A DNA stretch of 64,000 nucleotides from an uncultured Actinomycetes bacterium. Its GTDB lineage: Bacteria; Actinomycetota; UBA4738; HRBIN12. The first letter of the stretch is position 1, and each line of letters begins with the position of its first letter. Where the stretch lies: assembly GCA_963780015.1 (NCBI GenBank), contig CAWAAO010000014.1, forward strand, positions 333,336-397,335. The letters run 5' to 3'. The notes beneath the pieces are model-generated. The model did not search any database. It saw nothing but the letters and a program-made list of their open reading frames with translations, and was not told the DNA's origin. Shown one piece after another: positions 30,088 to 39,433 of the stretch. Made by a program: the position numbers and the translations under genes.

Positions 30088-32433
30088 ATGGTCACTGAGA
30101 TGACGCGCCCCATCGGCGCGCACGACCTGACGATGCAGACCGGCAAGCTTGCGAAGCTCGCCGACGGCGCCGTCGTCGTTACCTACGGACAGACGCAAGT
30201 CATCGCGACCTGCGTCCGTTCCAAGCCCCGCGAGGGGATCGATTTCTTCCCGCTGACGATCGATGTCGAGGAGCGGGCCTACGCGGCCGGCAAGATCCCC
30301 GGCTCGTTCTTCCGCCGGGAGGGCCGCCCCGGCGAGACCGCGATCCTGACGGCTCGCCTGATCGACCGCCCGCTGCGCCCGACCTTCAAGGAAGGGTTCC
30401 GCGACGAGGTCCAGGTGGTCGTCACGGTGTTGTCGGTGGACATGGAGAACCCCTACGACATCCCGGCGATGAACGCGGCCGCCTGCGCCGTGGGCCTCGC
30501 CGGTCTGCCGTTCGACGGACCGGTCGCCGCCGTGCGTCTGGGCCTGATCAACGGCGAGTGGGTCGTCAACCCGACCTACCAGGAGACCGAGGACGCCACG
30601 TTCGACATCGTCGTGGCCGGGTCCAAGAGCGACGACGGCGGCGTCGACGTGCTGATGATCGAGGGCGAGGCCCCCGTGCACACGTGGTCGCTGCTCGCCG
30701 AGGGCGCGCTGGCGCCGACCGAAGAGGTCGTCGCCCAGGGCCTCGAGGTCGCGAAGACCGAGATCGCCAAGATCATCGCGTTCCAGGACGAGTTCATCGC
30801 CGCGCACGGCGTCAGCGAGATGGAGTGGACGCCCACGCCGCAGTACGGCGACGATCTGTGGGACGAGCTGTACGCGAACTTCGCGGGCAAGCTCGAGGCC
30901 GCGATCGTGCCCGACCGTGCCGCGCGCGACGAGGCGTTCAGTGCGGTCAAGGAAGAGGCCAAGGCCCACCTGACGGCGACGTTGGGTGAGGATGCGTTCG
31001 CCGAGCGCGCGGCCGAGTTCGGTCCCGCCTGGAAGTCCCTGCAGAAGAAGGTCATGCGTCGACGCGTGGTCGAGCAGGGCGTGCGGCTCGACGGCCGCAG
31101 CGCCACCGAGATCCGGCCCCTGTCGGCCGAGGTCGGCGTCTTGCCGCGGGCACACGGGTCGGCGCTGTTCAGCCGGGGCGACACGCAGGTGCTGAACGTG
31201 GCCACGCTGGGCATGCTGCGCATGACCCAGATGATCGACACGCTCGATCCCGAGGACACGAAGCGCTACATGCACCACTACAACTTCCCGCCCTACAGCA
31301 CCGGTGAGACCGGTCGTGTGGGCTCGCCGCGGCGTCGCGAGATCGGCCACGGTGCGCTCGCCGAGCGCGCCCTGCTGCCGGTGGTGCCGCACGAGGACGA
31401 GTTCCCCTACGCCCTGCGTCTGGTGTCCGACGTCATGAGCTCCAACGGCTCGACGTCGATGGCGAGCGTCTGCGGCTCCACCCTGTCGATGATGGACGCC
31501 GGTGTGCCGCTCAAGGCGCCGGTTGCCGGCATCGCGATGGGCATGATCGCCGACGACGGGAAGTACGTGACCCTGACCGACATCCTCGGCGCGGAGGACG
31601 CGCTCGGCGACATGGACTTCAAGGTCGCCGGCACCGAGGAGTTCGTCACCGCGATCCAGCTGGACATGAAGGTCCAGGGCATGCCGGCCGACGTGCTGGC
31701 CAGCGCGCTGCAGCAGGCCAAGGACGCCCGCATGCAGATCCTCGACGTGATGCTCGCGACGATCCCGGAGCCACGCGGCGAGGTCAACACCTTCGCGCCG
31801 CGGATCATCACGATCCAGATCCCGGTCGACAAGATCGGCGAGGTGATCGGCCCCAAGGGCAAGAAGATCAACGAGATCATCGCGATGACCGGCGCCGACA
31901 TCAACATCGAGGACGACGGCACCGTGTTCATCGGCTCGACCGAGGGCAACGGGGCCGACGAGGCCGCACGCATGATCGATGAGATCGCGAACCCGCGGCC
32001 GGTGTTGGTGGGCGAGACCTATGAGGGCCTCGTGGTGAAGACCACGACCTTCGGGGCGTTCGTCAACCTGGTGCCCGGCCGTGACGGCCTCGTGCACATC
32101 TCGAAGCTCGGTCGCGGCAAGCGACTGTCCAGCGTCGAGGAGGCCATCAAGGAGGGCGATCACGTCAACGTGCTGGTCGAGGACATCGACCCGCAGGGCA
32201 AGATCAGCCTGAAGCCGATCGGACCGGAGTGGGAGGCGCCCGAGGGCGCCGAGGCCTCCTCGGGCGGCGGCGGTCGCGACCGCGGTGGCGACCGTGGCCG
32301 CAGCAGCGGCGGCGGTGGCGGTGACCGCAGTAGCAGCGGCGGTGACCGCAGCGGCAGCCAGCGGTCGGGCAAGCGGTTCCGCGATCGCGAGGGCGGCGGC
32401 GACGCCACCCCGAGCGAGCCCACCGACGCCTGA
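30088..32433 (+). CDS. pnp: Polyribonucleotide nucleotidyltransferase (PNPase) with Gly/Arg/Ser-rich C-terminal tail
   Basis: Motifs FFRREGRPGE, GRSATEIRP and PPYSTGE. KH motif IQIPVDKIGEVIGPKGKKINEI. S1 motif VGETYEGLVVKTTTFGAFVNL. AAGGAGG lies upstream of the ATG. Confidence 0.97.
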   Translation: MVTEMTRPIGAHDLTMQTGKLAKLADGAVVVTYGQTQVIATCVRSKPREGIDFFPLTIDVEERAYAAGKIPGSFFRREGRPGETAILTARLIDRPLRPTFKEGFRDEVQVVVTVLSVDMENPYDIPAMNAAACAVGLAGLPFDGPVAAVRLGLINGEWVVNPTYQETEDATFDIVVAGSKSDDGGVDVLMIEGEAPVHTWSLLAEGALAPTEEVVAQGLEVAKTEIAKIIAFQDEFIAAHGVSEMEWTPTPQYGDDLWDELYANFAGKLEAAIVPDRAARDEAFSAVKEEAKAHLTATLGEDAFAERAAEFGPAWKSLQKKVMRRRVVEQGVRLDGRSATEIRPLSAEVGVLPRAHGSALFSRGDTQVLNVATLGMLRMTQMIDTLDPEDTKRYMHHYNFPPYSTGETGRVGSPRRREIGHGALAERALLPVVPHEDEFPYALRLVSDVMSSNGSTSMASVCGSTLSMMDAGVPLKAPVAGIAMGMIADDGKYVTLTDILGAEDALGDMDFKVAGTEEFVTAIQLDMKVQGMPADVLASALQQAKDARMQILDVMLATIPEPRGEVNTFAPRIITIQIPVDKIGEVIGPKGKKINEIIAMTGADINIEDDGTVFIGSTEGNGADEAARMIDEIANPRPVLVGETYEGLVVKTTTFGAFVNLVPGRDGLVHISKLGRGKRLSSVEEAIKEGDHVNVLVEDIDPQGKISLKPIGPEWEAPEGAEASSGGGGRDRGGDRGRSSGGGGGDRSSSGGDRSGSQRSGKRFRDREGGGDATPSEPTDA

Positions 32434-32438
32434 ACCGG

Positions 32439-33713
32439 ATGACGATCACACGCACCGAGTTCAGCTCGGGTCTGCGTGTCGTGACGGAGCGGATGCCTGG
32501 CGTCCGCTCCGCCACGATCGGCATCTGGGTGCTGGCGGGTTCGCGCGACGAGCGGCCGGCGATCAGCGGGCACTGCCACTTCCTCGAGCACCTGCTGTTC
32601 AAGGGCACCGAGAAGCGCAGCGCCCTCGACATCGCCGAGGCGTTCGACGCGGTCGGTGGCGACGTGAACGCGTTCACCGCCAAGGAGTACACGTGCTACT
32701 ACGCCCGTGTGCTCGATCGCGACCTCGAGATGGCGGTCGAGCATCTGGTCGACATGCTGCTGCACTCGACGATCACGGCGACCGACCTCGCGGGGGAGGC
32801 CGACGTCATCCTGTCGGAGATCGACATGCACGAGGACTCGCCCGAGGACATGGTCCACGACGTGTTCACCGAGGCCCTGTGGCCCGGGCACCCGCTCGGG
32901 CGCCCGATCCTGGGCACGAAGGACCGCATCAAGGCCGCGACCCGTGCGTCCGTGCGGGGCTTCTACCGGCGTCACTACGTGCCCGGGCGCATGGTGATCT
33001 CGGTTGCCGGCAACGTTCGGCACGATCGGGTGCTCGCCATGCTGGCCGACCGCATGGACGTCGGGCGCCCGCTGGGTGTCCGCGGCCGCTCGGCCAAGGA
33101 GGTTCGGGACATGCACCGGGCGCCGAAGCCGTCGGGGCAACGCGAGATCAAGCGCAAGCGCATCGAGCAGGCGCACATCGTGCTCGGCACGAACGGCCTC
33201 GCTCGCACCGACGACGATCGGTTCGCGTTCCTCATCGTGAACACGGTGCTCGGCGGCGGCATGAGCTCGCGGCTGTTCCAGGAGATCCGCGAGAAGCGTG
33301 GCCTGGCCTACACCGCCTACAGCTTCCAGTCGCAGTACACGGAGGCGGGCGTGTTCAGCGCCTACGCGGGCACGACCCCCAACCGCGCCGCGGAGGTGCT
33401 CGGACTGATGCGTCGCGAGCTCGATGACGTTCGCGACGGCGGCATCACCCCGGAGGAGTTCGCGCGGGCCAAGAGCCACGTCAAGGGCTCCACCGTCCTG
33501 TCGCAGGAGGATCCCGGCAGCCGCATGTCGCGCCTGGGCAAGTCGGAGGTCTCCCACGGCGAGATCCTGACGCTCAGCGAGACGCTCCAGCGCGTGCAGG
33601 CCGTGACCTTGGACGATGCGCACCGTGTGGCCGAGCGGGTACTGTCCCAGCCGATGACGCTCGCGGTGGTGGGGCCCGTGGGGATGAAGGAGCTGCGCGG
33701 GGTCGCGCCGTGA
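32439..33713 (+). CDS. M16 family zinc peptidase (pitrilysin-like)
   Basis: HFLEHLLFKGT (inverted HxxEH zinc motif). Conserved position after pnp in Actinomycetota. Confidence 0.9.
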   Translation: MTITRTEFSSGLRVVTERMPGVRSATIGIWVLAGSRDERPAISGHCHFLEHLLFKGTEKRSALDIAEAFDAVGGDVNAFTAKEYTCYYARVLDRDLEMAVEHLVDMLLHSTITATDLAGEADVILSEIDMHEDSPEDMVHDVFTEALWPGHPLGRPILGTKDRIKAATRASVRGFYRRHYVPGRMVISVAGNVRHDRVLAMLADRMDVGRPLGVRGRSAKEVRDMHRAPKPSGQREIKRKRIEQAHIVLGTNGLARTDDDRFAFLIVNTVLGGGMSSRLFQEIREKRGLAYTAYSFQSQYTEAGVFSAYAGTTPNRAAEVLGLMRRELDDVRDGGITPEEFARAKSHVKGSTVLSQEDPGSRMSRLGKSEVSHGEILTLSETLQRVQAVTLDDAHRVAERVLSQPMTLAVVGPVGMKELRGVAP

Positions 33714-34468
33714 TCCGCGTCGGCGTCCTCGGGGCCGCCGGTCGCATGGGTCGCGAGATCTGCCGCGCCGTCGCGGCCGCCGACGATCTCGAGCTGGTCG
33801 CCGCCGTCGATCCGAACAACGCGGGTCTGGAGGCCGAGGGGCTTCTGGTCTCCGCCACGGTGGAGCATCTGGCGGACGTCGATGTCGCCGTCGACTTCAC
33901 CCTGCCGTCGACCGTCATGCCGAACGTCCGGTGGTGCCTGCGCAACGGGGTGCACGCGGTCGTGGGCACGACGGGGCTCACGCCGGCCGATCTGGAGGAG
34001 CTGCGCGCCGCGGCCACGGCGAACACGGCCAACTGCTTCGTCGCGCCGAACTTCGCGCTCGGCGCCGTGCTGCTGCTGCGGTTCGCGGCCGAGGCGGCCC
34101 GGTACTTCGACGCGGCCGAGGTGATCGAGCTGCATCACGACGGGAAGGCCGACGCGCCCAGCGGCACGGCGATCGCCACGGCCCGCGCGATCGCCGCCGC
34201 CCGCGCGGGCGATTGGTCCGCACCCGAGGCGGTCGGGGAGTACGCGGGAGCGCGTGGCGCCGAGGTGGACGGCGTGCGGGTGCACGCGGTACGCCTGCCG
34301 GGACTGGTCGCCCACGAAGAGGTGTTGTTCGGAGGCCCCGGACAGACGCTGTCGCTTCGACACGACGCGGTGGATCGGGCGGCGTTCGTGCCCGGCGTCT
34401 TGCTCGCGATCCGGGCCGTGGCCGATCGGCCCGGGCTGACGGTCGGGCTCGACGCCCTGCTCGACTGA
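33710..34468 (+). CDS. dapB: 4-hydroxy-tetrahydrodipicolinate reductase
   Basis: Motifs IRVGVLGAAGRMGREI and ELHHDGKADAPSGTA. GTGA overlap with the upstream stop. Confidence 0.95.
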   Translation: MIRVGVLGAAGRMGREICRAVAAADDLELVAAVDPNNAGLEAEGLLVSATVEHLADVDVAVDFTLPSTVMPNVRWCLRNGVHAVVGTTGLTPADLEELRAAATANTANCFVAPNFALGAVLLLRFAAEAARYFDAAEVIELHHDGKADAPSGTAIATARAIAAARAGDWSAPEAVGEYAGARGAEVDGVRVHAVRLPGLVAHEEVLFGGPGQTLSLRHDAVDRAAFVPGVLLAIRAVADRPGLTVGLDALLD

Positions 34469-34497
34469 GCCGGCGGCCTGCACTAGGCTGGCTCGCC

Positions 34498-35712
34498 GTG
34501 GACTACCGCACGATCACCGAGGAGGAGATCGACCCGTTCTTCGGGTCGCTCGCCGCGGCGTTCGCCGAGGCCCACCCCGATCCGGACGAGGTGCGCTCCG
34601 ACCGGATGGTGTTGGAGCCCGATCGGACCTTCGCGGCCTTCGACGACGGTCGGATCGTCGGCTGCGCCGGCGTGTTCACCCAGCGGATGGTCGTGCCGGG
34701 CGGCGGGCTCGTCCCCACGAGCGGCATCACCTTCGTCGGCGTGTTGCCGACCCATCGACGCCGCGGCATCTTTCGCGAACTGATGAACCGCATGTGCGCC
34801 CAGGCCCTGGAGCGGGGCGAGGTCGTCACGACGCTGTTCGCCTCGGAGGCGGCGATCTACGGCGGGTTCGGGTTCGCGGCGGCCGCGCACCATCTGGAGT
34901 TCGATGTCGCGCTCGATCGTGTGCGGTGGGCGCCCGGGACCGGGCCCACCGGGCGCGTGACGCTGCGTTCCCGGGAAGAGGCGATGCCGGCGATGCGGGC
35001 GATCTACGATCGGGCGTTCCGCATGCGCCCCGGGGCCCTGGAGGTGGACGACCGCTGGATGGAGGTCGGGTTCTGGGAGCCGTCCAAGGACGAGGAACGG
35101 TTGTTCTACGCGGTCCACGAGGACGACGCGGGGACACCGGATGCCTTCGCGATGTACGGCACGAAGCACGAATGGCCGCGCGGACTCCCCAGCGCCGAGA
35201 TGACGGTCAAGCGCCATGTGGCCGCGACGCCTGTGGCGGGCGCCTCGCTGTGGCGGTTCCTGTTCGACGTCGACCTCGTGTCGAGGGTGAAGACCTGGTC
35301 TCGGCCGGTCGACGATCCGTTGCTGCTGCAGCTCACGGAGCCCAGGTCGCTGCGACCCGAGCTCACCGACGCGCTGTTCCTGCGGCCGCTGCGTGTCGAG
35401 GGGGCGCTGGCGGCCCGGGGCTATGCCGCGGACGGGCGCGTCGTGCTCGAGGTGTCCGACTCGTTCCTGCCGGTCAACGACGGGACCTACGAGCTCGTCG
35501 TGGACCAGGGCGTGCCGGTCTGCCGCCGTGTCGAGGGACCGGCGGACGTCGTCTGCTCCGTGCACGCGATCGGGTCGACCTACCTGGGTGCGTTCACCTG
35601 GGCCGCGCTCGCGGCGGCGGGGCTGCTCGAGGTCCGCACGCCCGGGGCGCTCGACACGTTGGACGCGATGTTCCGCACCGACGTCGCGCCGTGGCCGATC
35701 TACTACTTCTAG
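34498..35712 (+). CDS. Eis-like GNAT N-acetyltransferase (GNAT plus SCP2-like C-terminal domain)
   Basis: GTG 34498. Motifs GITFVGVLPTHRRRGIFRELM, LFASEAAIYGGFGF and the C-terminal ..MFRTDVAPWPIYYF. Confidence 0.8.
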   Translation: MDYRTITEEEIDPFFGSLAAAFAEAHPDPDEVRSDRMVLEPDRTFAAFDDGRIVGCAGVFTQRMVVPGGGLVPTSGITFVGVLPTHRRRGIFRELMNRMCAQALERGEVVTTLFASEAAIYGGFGFAAAAHHLEFDVALDRVRWAPGTGPTGRVTLRSREEAMPAMRAIYDRAFRMRPGALEVDDRWMEVGFWEPSKDEERLFYAVHEDDAGTPDAFAMYGTKHEWPRGLPSAEMTVKRHVAATPVAGASLWRFLFDVDLVSRVKTWSRPVDDPLLLQLTEPRSLRPELTDALFLRPLRVEGALAARGYAADGRVVLEVSDSFLPVNDGTYELVVDQGVPVCRRVEGPADVVCSVHAIGSTYLGAFTWAALAAAGLLEVRTPGALDTLDAMFRTDVAPWPIYYF

Positions 35713-36231
35713 TCCGGTTCTGGGGCGGCCGGCCAATCGGAGCTCCTCGAGCGTGATCCGGCCGTCGTCGTGGCGGGTGATCATCACGCCCTCGCATTCG
35801 CTCATCGGGGCCACCTCTCGTCCGGTCAGACCGAACGCCGCTCGCTCCACGAGCGGGGTGTGGCTGATCGCCAGGGCGAGCCCACCGTCGGGGATCTGGT
35901 CCAGCAACGCGCGGACACCGGCGGCCAGACCCTCCGGCGAGCCGCCGGTCGCGTCCTGCCCGGCCAGGCCGGGGATCACCGCGTGGATCGGGGGCAGCTG
36001 CTGGCCGGCGCCCCGCAGGATCCACGCCGCCGTCTCCGCGGCGCGCTCGGCCGGGGAGACGAAGACGGCGTCGTAGGGCTCGCTCCGGGAGCGGCCGACG
36101 TCCTCGGCCAGCGCTCGACCCCGCTCGGACAGGCCGTCGCGCATCGCCTCGCGCGTGGCATGGCGTCGGAGCTCCAGGCGTTCGATCGGTTGGTCCTTCG
36201 CGGGTTCGGTGGGCGTGGGCTCGCGTATCAT
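35709..36231 (-). CDS. Histidine phosphatase family protein (SixA/PGM-like); natural stop only reachable after a frame break near 35727
   Basis: ATG 36231. Motifs LELRRHATRE (RH motif) and LALAISHTPLVE. As written the frame reads on for about 400 codons antisense to the eis-like gene (ORF 34483..36885). A +1 shift gives ..ELRLAG|APEPD* ending at 35709. Confidence 0.65.
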
Positions 36232-36240
36232 GCCGCATCC

Positions 36241-36693
36241 ATGCGTCCCCGAACCCTGCTCGTCGCGCTGAGCCTCGCCGCCCTCACGCTGGGCGCCGCG
36301 TGCACGAGCGACACGACCGACACCACGTCCGCGCCCGTCTCGCCGAGTGCGCTGCCCACGAGCGATGTCAACGCGACGATCGTGCCGGGGGAGTGGACGT
36401 ATGACTATCTCGGGGTGAAGGCGACCTTCGAATGGAAGGACGGGCCCCCGATCCTGACCGTCAAGAACGCCAGCGGCGCGGAGGTGGGCGCACCGTCCGT
36501 CTACGCGGTCACGCAGGACCAGCGTCACGTCGACGGGAAGATGGACCTGGACGAGCCCCTGGCCGATGGCGCCACGGGGACCTACACGGTCACGTTCCCG
36601 GCGGACCTCACCCGTGAGGACGTCGGGCTGATCGTGCTGATGCTCGGCGATGTGAACTGGGGCGCGCTCAGCCCGAAGGTCATCGAGAAGTAG
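36241..36693 (+). CDS. Lipoprotein of unknown function
   Basis: MRPRTLLVALSLAALTLGAAC (lipobox L-G-A-A-C). TATCAT at 36226-36231, 9 nt upstream of the ATG, with no SD (leaderless-type geometry). Confidence 0.75.
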   Translation: MRPRTLLVALSLAALTLGAACTSDTTDTTSAPVSPSALPTSDVNATIVPGEWTYDYLGVKATFEWKDGPPILTVKNASGAEVGAPSVYAVTQDQRHVDGKMDLDEPLADGATGTYTVTFPADLTREDVGLIVLMLGDVNWGALSPKVIEK

Positions 36694-36733
36694 GGCGAAC
36701 GCGGGGTTGTTCCCCGGGGCGACGGCCCGTACG

Positions 36734-37929
36734 ATGCCCGCCATGTCGAAACGTCTTCGCACGTTCACCATCACGCTGTCGGTCGTCGCATCGGTGCTCG
36801 CCGGCGCCTGGTCGCCCGCGGTCGCCGGGGGCATCTCGCGAAGCGACGGGAACGACGTGCCGGGCCCGCTGGACCTGGCGAGCATGCGATCTGACCCCCA
36901 TCAGCGGCGGAGATCGGATCCAGATCCGCACCCTCGGGAAGTTCACCGCGACACAGCTGGACGGCGACGCCGGTTGGTTCGAGGTCGACTTCGACACGAA
37001 CGCCGATCGGAAGTACGACTTCTGGGCGGTGGTGTTCTACGCCAAGGGAAAGCTGTTCGCGATCCAGGGTCAGGGCCAGAACGCGTTGCGCAAGATGCCC
37101 GTGCGTCGCGTCGACACCAGGACGGTCTCGTTCGACATCGCACACCGCAACCTCGGCAACATCTCGAGCTACGACTTCGTCGTGTACAGCATCTGGCGCG
37201 CCAAGCCCGTGCTCGAACGCCAACGCCTGCGTCGACACGATCCCGAACAGGTATCCGCTGATCCGCCACGACTTCACCGCGCCGACGATCTCGTGGGGAG
37301 CGGTTCCCGCGATCTCCACCGATGTGTCGGCGACGTTGGACTTCGACGTGCACGCCACCGTGCACGACGATACGTTCGGATCGGGCGTCAAGCGCTGGAC
37401 GCTCCAACAGCGACAGAACGCCGGGTCGTGGACGACGATCGCGTCCGGCGGCACGAAGAACGTGGCCGAATCGGTGACCGGCGTGCAGGGAGAGGTCACG
37501 TTCGTGCGCGTGCTCGCGGTCGACAAGCAGGGCAACCGCAAGACCAGCAGCACGAAGAAGACGATCGTGCCTTGGGACGATCAGAACGCGCTCTTCTTCG
37601 ACTACTCGGCACCGGCCACCGAGGCGAACGCGGTGAGCGGGGCCTTCCTCGGCACGACGTCGACGCTGGCGCAAGGCACCATCGTGACGGCGACGTTGCC
37701 GGCGGGCACCGACCTCTGCATCCTCGGCGGTCCGACGAGCACCGGAACCTCCGCGGCCGCGCAGCTCTCGATCGACGGGACCCCGTTCACGACGTTCAAC
37801 GAGAACGACGCGACCGCCTACCGGTCGCCGCAGTGCGCCGGCAGCGTGATCGGTGCCGACGCGATCATCACGCTGGAGGTCACGTCGGCGGAGCCGTTCG
37901 TGTTCGACGGTCTCGTTCTCAAGCGGTAG
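36734..37929 (+). pseudogene. Secreted hypothetical protein (two frame breaks)
   Basis: Signal peptide MSKRLRTFTITLSVVASVLAGAWSPAVAG (ATG 36734 or 36743). The protein continues in the next frame near 36890 (PISGGDRIQIRTLGKFTATQLDGDAGWFEVDFD..). It shifts again near 37205 (..NACVDTIPNRYPLIRHDFTAPTISW..VLAVDKQGN..) and ends at the stop at 37929. Confidence 0.6.
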
Positions 37930-37932
37930 GGA

Positions 37933-38478
37933 TCAGCGGCTCGCCGGCTCGGCCTCGCCGGCCTGCCAGCGCGCCAGCACGAACAGCAGATCGCTCAGCC
38001 GGTTGAGGTAGCGCCGCACGTCCGGATTCACCTCGCGCTGGGCGTGCTCGAGCGCGACGACGTCGCGCTCGGCGCGCCGGATCACGGCCCGCGCCACGTC
38101 GATCGCCGCGCTCGCGGGGTTGGCGCCGGGCACGATGAACACCTGGGGCAACGGCCGCTCCTCGACCAGGTCGTCGATCCGCCGTTCGAGGCGTTTCACC
38201 ATCCGATCGGTGACCAGCGAGACCTCCGCCTCGAGCTTCTTTCGCTCGCGGGGGTTGGTCGCGAGATCGGCGCCGACCACGAAGAGCTCCCGTTGCAGGG
38301 CCAGCAGATCTGCTTGCATCGCAGGGTCTTCGGTCAGGGAGCGAGCCAGGCCGAGCACGGCGACGGCCTCATCCGTCGTGCCGTATGCCTCGGTCACCAG
38401 GTCGTCCTTGGGAACCCGGCCACCGTAGAGGAGCCCGGTGGTGCCGTCGTCACCGGTCTTCGTGTAGATCCGTGGCAT
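37933..38478 (-). CDS. pduO: ATP:cob(I)alamin adenosyltransferase, PduO type
   Basis: MPRIYTKTGDDGTTGLLYGGRVPKDD followed by a helical-bundle remainder typical of the family. Confidence 0.88.
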   Translation of the reverse strand: MPRIYTKTGDDGTTGLLYGGRVPKDDLVTEAYGTTDEAVAVLGLARSLTEDPAMQADLLALQRELFVVGADLATNPRERKKLEAEVSLVTDRMVKRLERRIDDLVEERPLPQVFIVPGANPASAAIDVARAVIRRAERDVVALEHAQREVNPDVRRYLNRLSDLLFVLARWQAGEAEPASR

Positions 38479-38544
38479 GGGCGGCTAGCATAGGGCGATA
38501 CCGCGCCGCCGCCCGGCGGCCCGCTGCGAAGGAGGCTCCCCGCG

Positions 38545-39433
38545 ATGACCGGCAGGTTCGGATCCGTCATCACCGCGATGGTGACCCCGTTCCGCGACGA
38601 TCGCGCCGTCGATCTCGACCGTGCACAGGAGCTCGCTCGGTGGCTGATCGCCAACGGATCCGACGCGGTCGTGGTCGCGGGCTCGACCGGCGAGGCGCCG
38701 ACGCTGAGCCGCCGCCGAGAAGGCCGAGCTGTTCCAAGCCGTCGGCGAGGCGATCCGCGGTCAGGGCAAGATGCTGGCGGGCGTCGGCACCTACGCGACC
38801 GCCGAGACGCTCGAGCTGGCCCACGCCGCCGCCAAGGCGGGCGCCGACGGGCTGCTCGTGGTCACGCCGTACTACAACAAGCCGCCGCAGCGCGGGCTCA
38901 CGGCGCACTTCTCCGCCGTCGCCGACGCCACCGACCTGCCGGTGATGCTCTACAACATCCCGGGCCGCACGGCGTTGCGGATCGAGCACGACACGCTGCT
39001 CGAGCTGGCCGCGCACCCGAACATCGTCGCGGTGAAAGACTCGACCGGCGACTTCCAGGCGGTGTCGCGGCTGATCGCCGAGGCCCCCGACGGGTTCGAG
39101 GTCTATTCGGGAGACGACTGGGCGACGTTCGGGTACCTGTGCCTCGGGGCGGTCGGGGTCGTGAGCGTCGCGAGCCATCTGGTCGGCACGCAGATCCACC
39201 AGATGGTCGACCTGATCGTGACCGGCGACATCCCCGCGGCGCGCAAGATCCACGAACAGCTCACGCCGCTGTACAACGCCATGTTCATCACGTCGAACCC
39301 GATCCCGGTGAAGGCGGCGTTGCAGATGCTCGGCCGCGGCTGTGGCGGGACGCGCCTGCCGCTGGTGGCCGCGACCCCCGACGAAGAGGCCAGGGTCCGC
39401 GCGGCGCTGGAGGACGCCGGTCTCCTTGCCTGA
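38545..39433 (+). pseudogene. dapA: 4-hydroxy-tetrahydrodipicolinate synthase (frame break at about 38710)
   Basis: ITAMVTPF..VVVAGSTGEAPTLS in frame 1 continues as AAEKAELFQAVGEAIRGQGKMLAGVG..TPYYNKPPQ..LYNIPGRT..AVKDSTGD in frame 2. GAAGGAGG lies upstream of the ATG. Confidence 0.92.
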
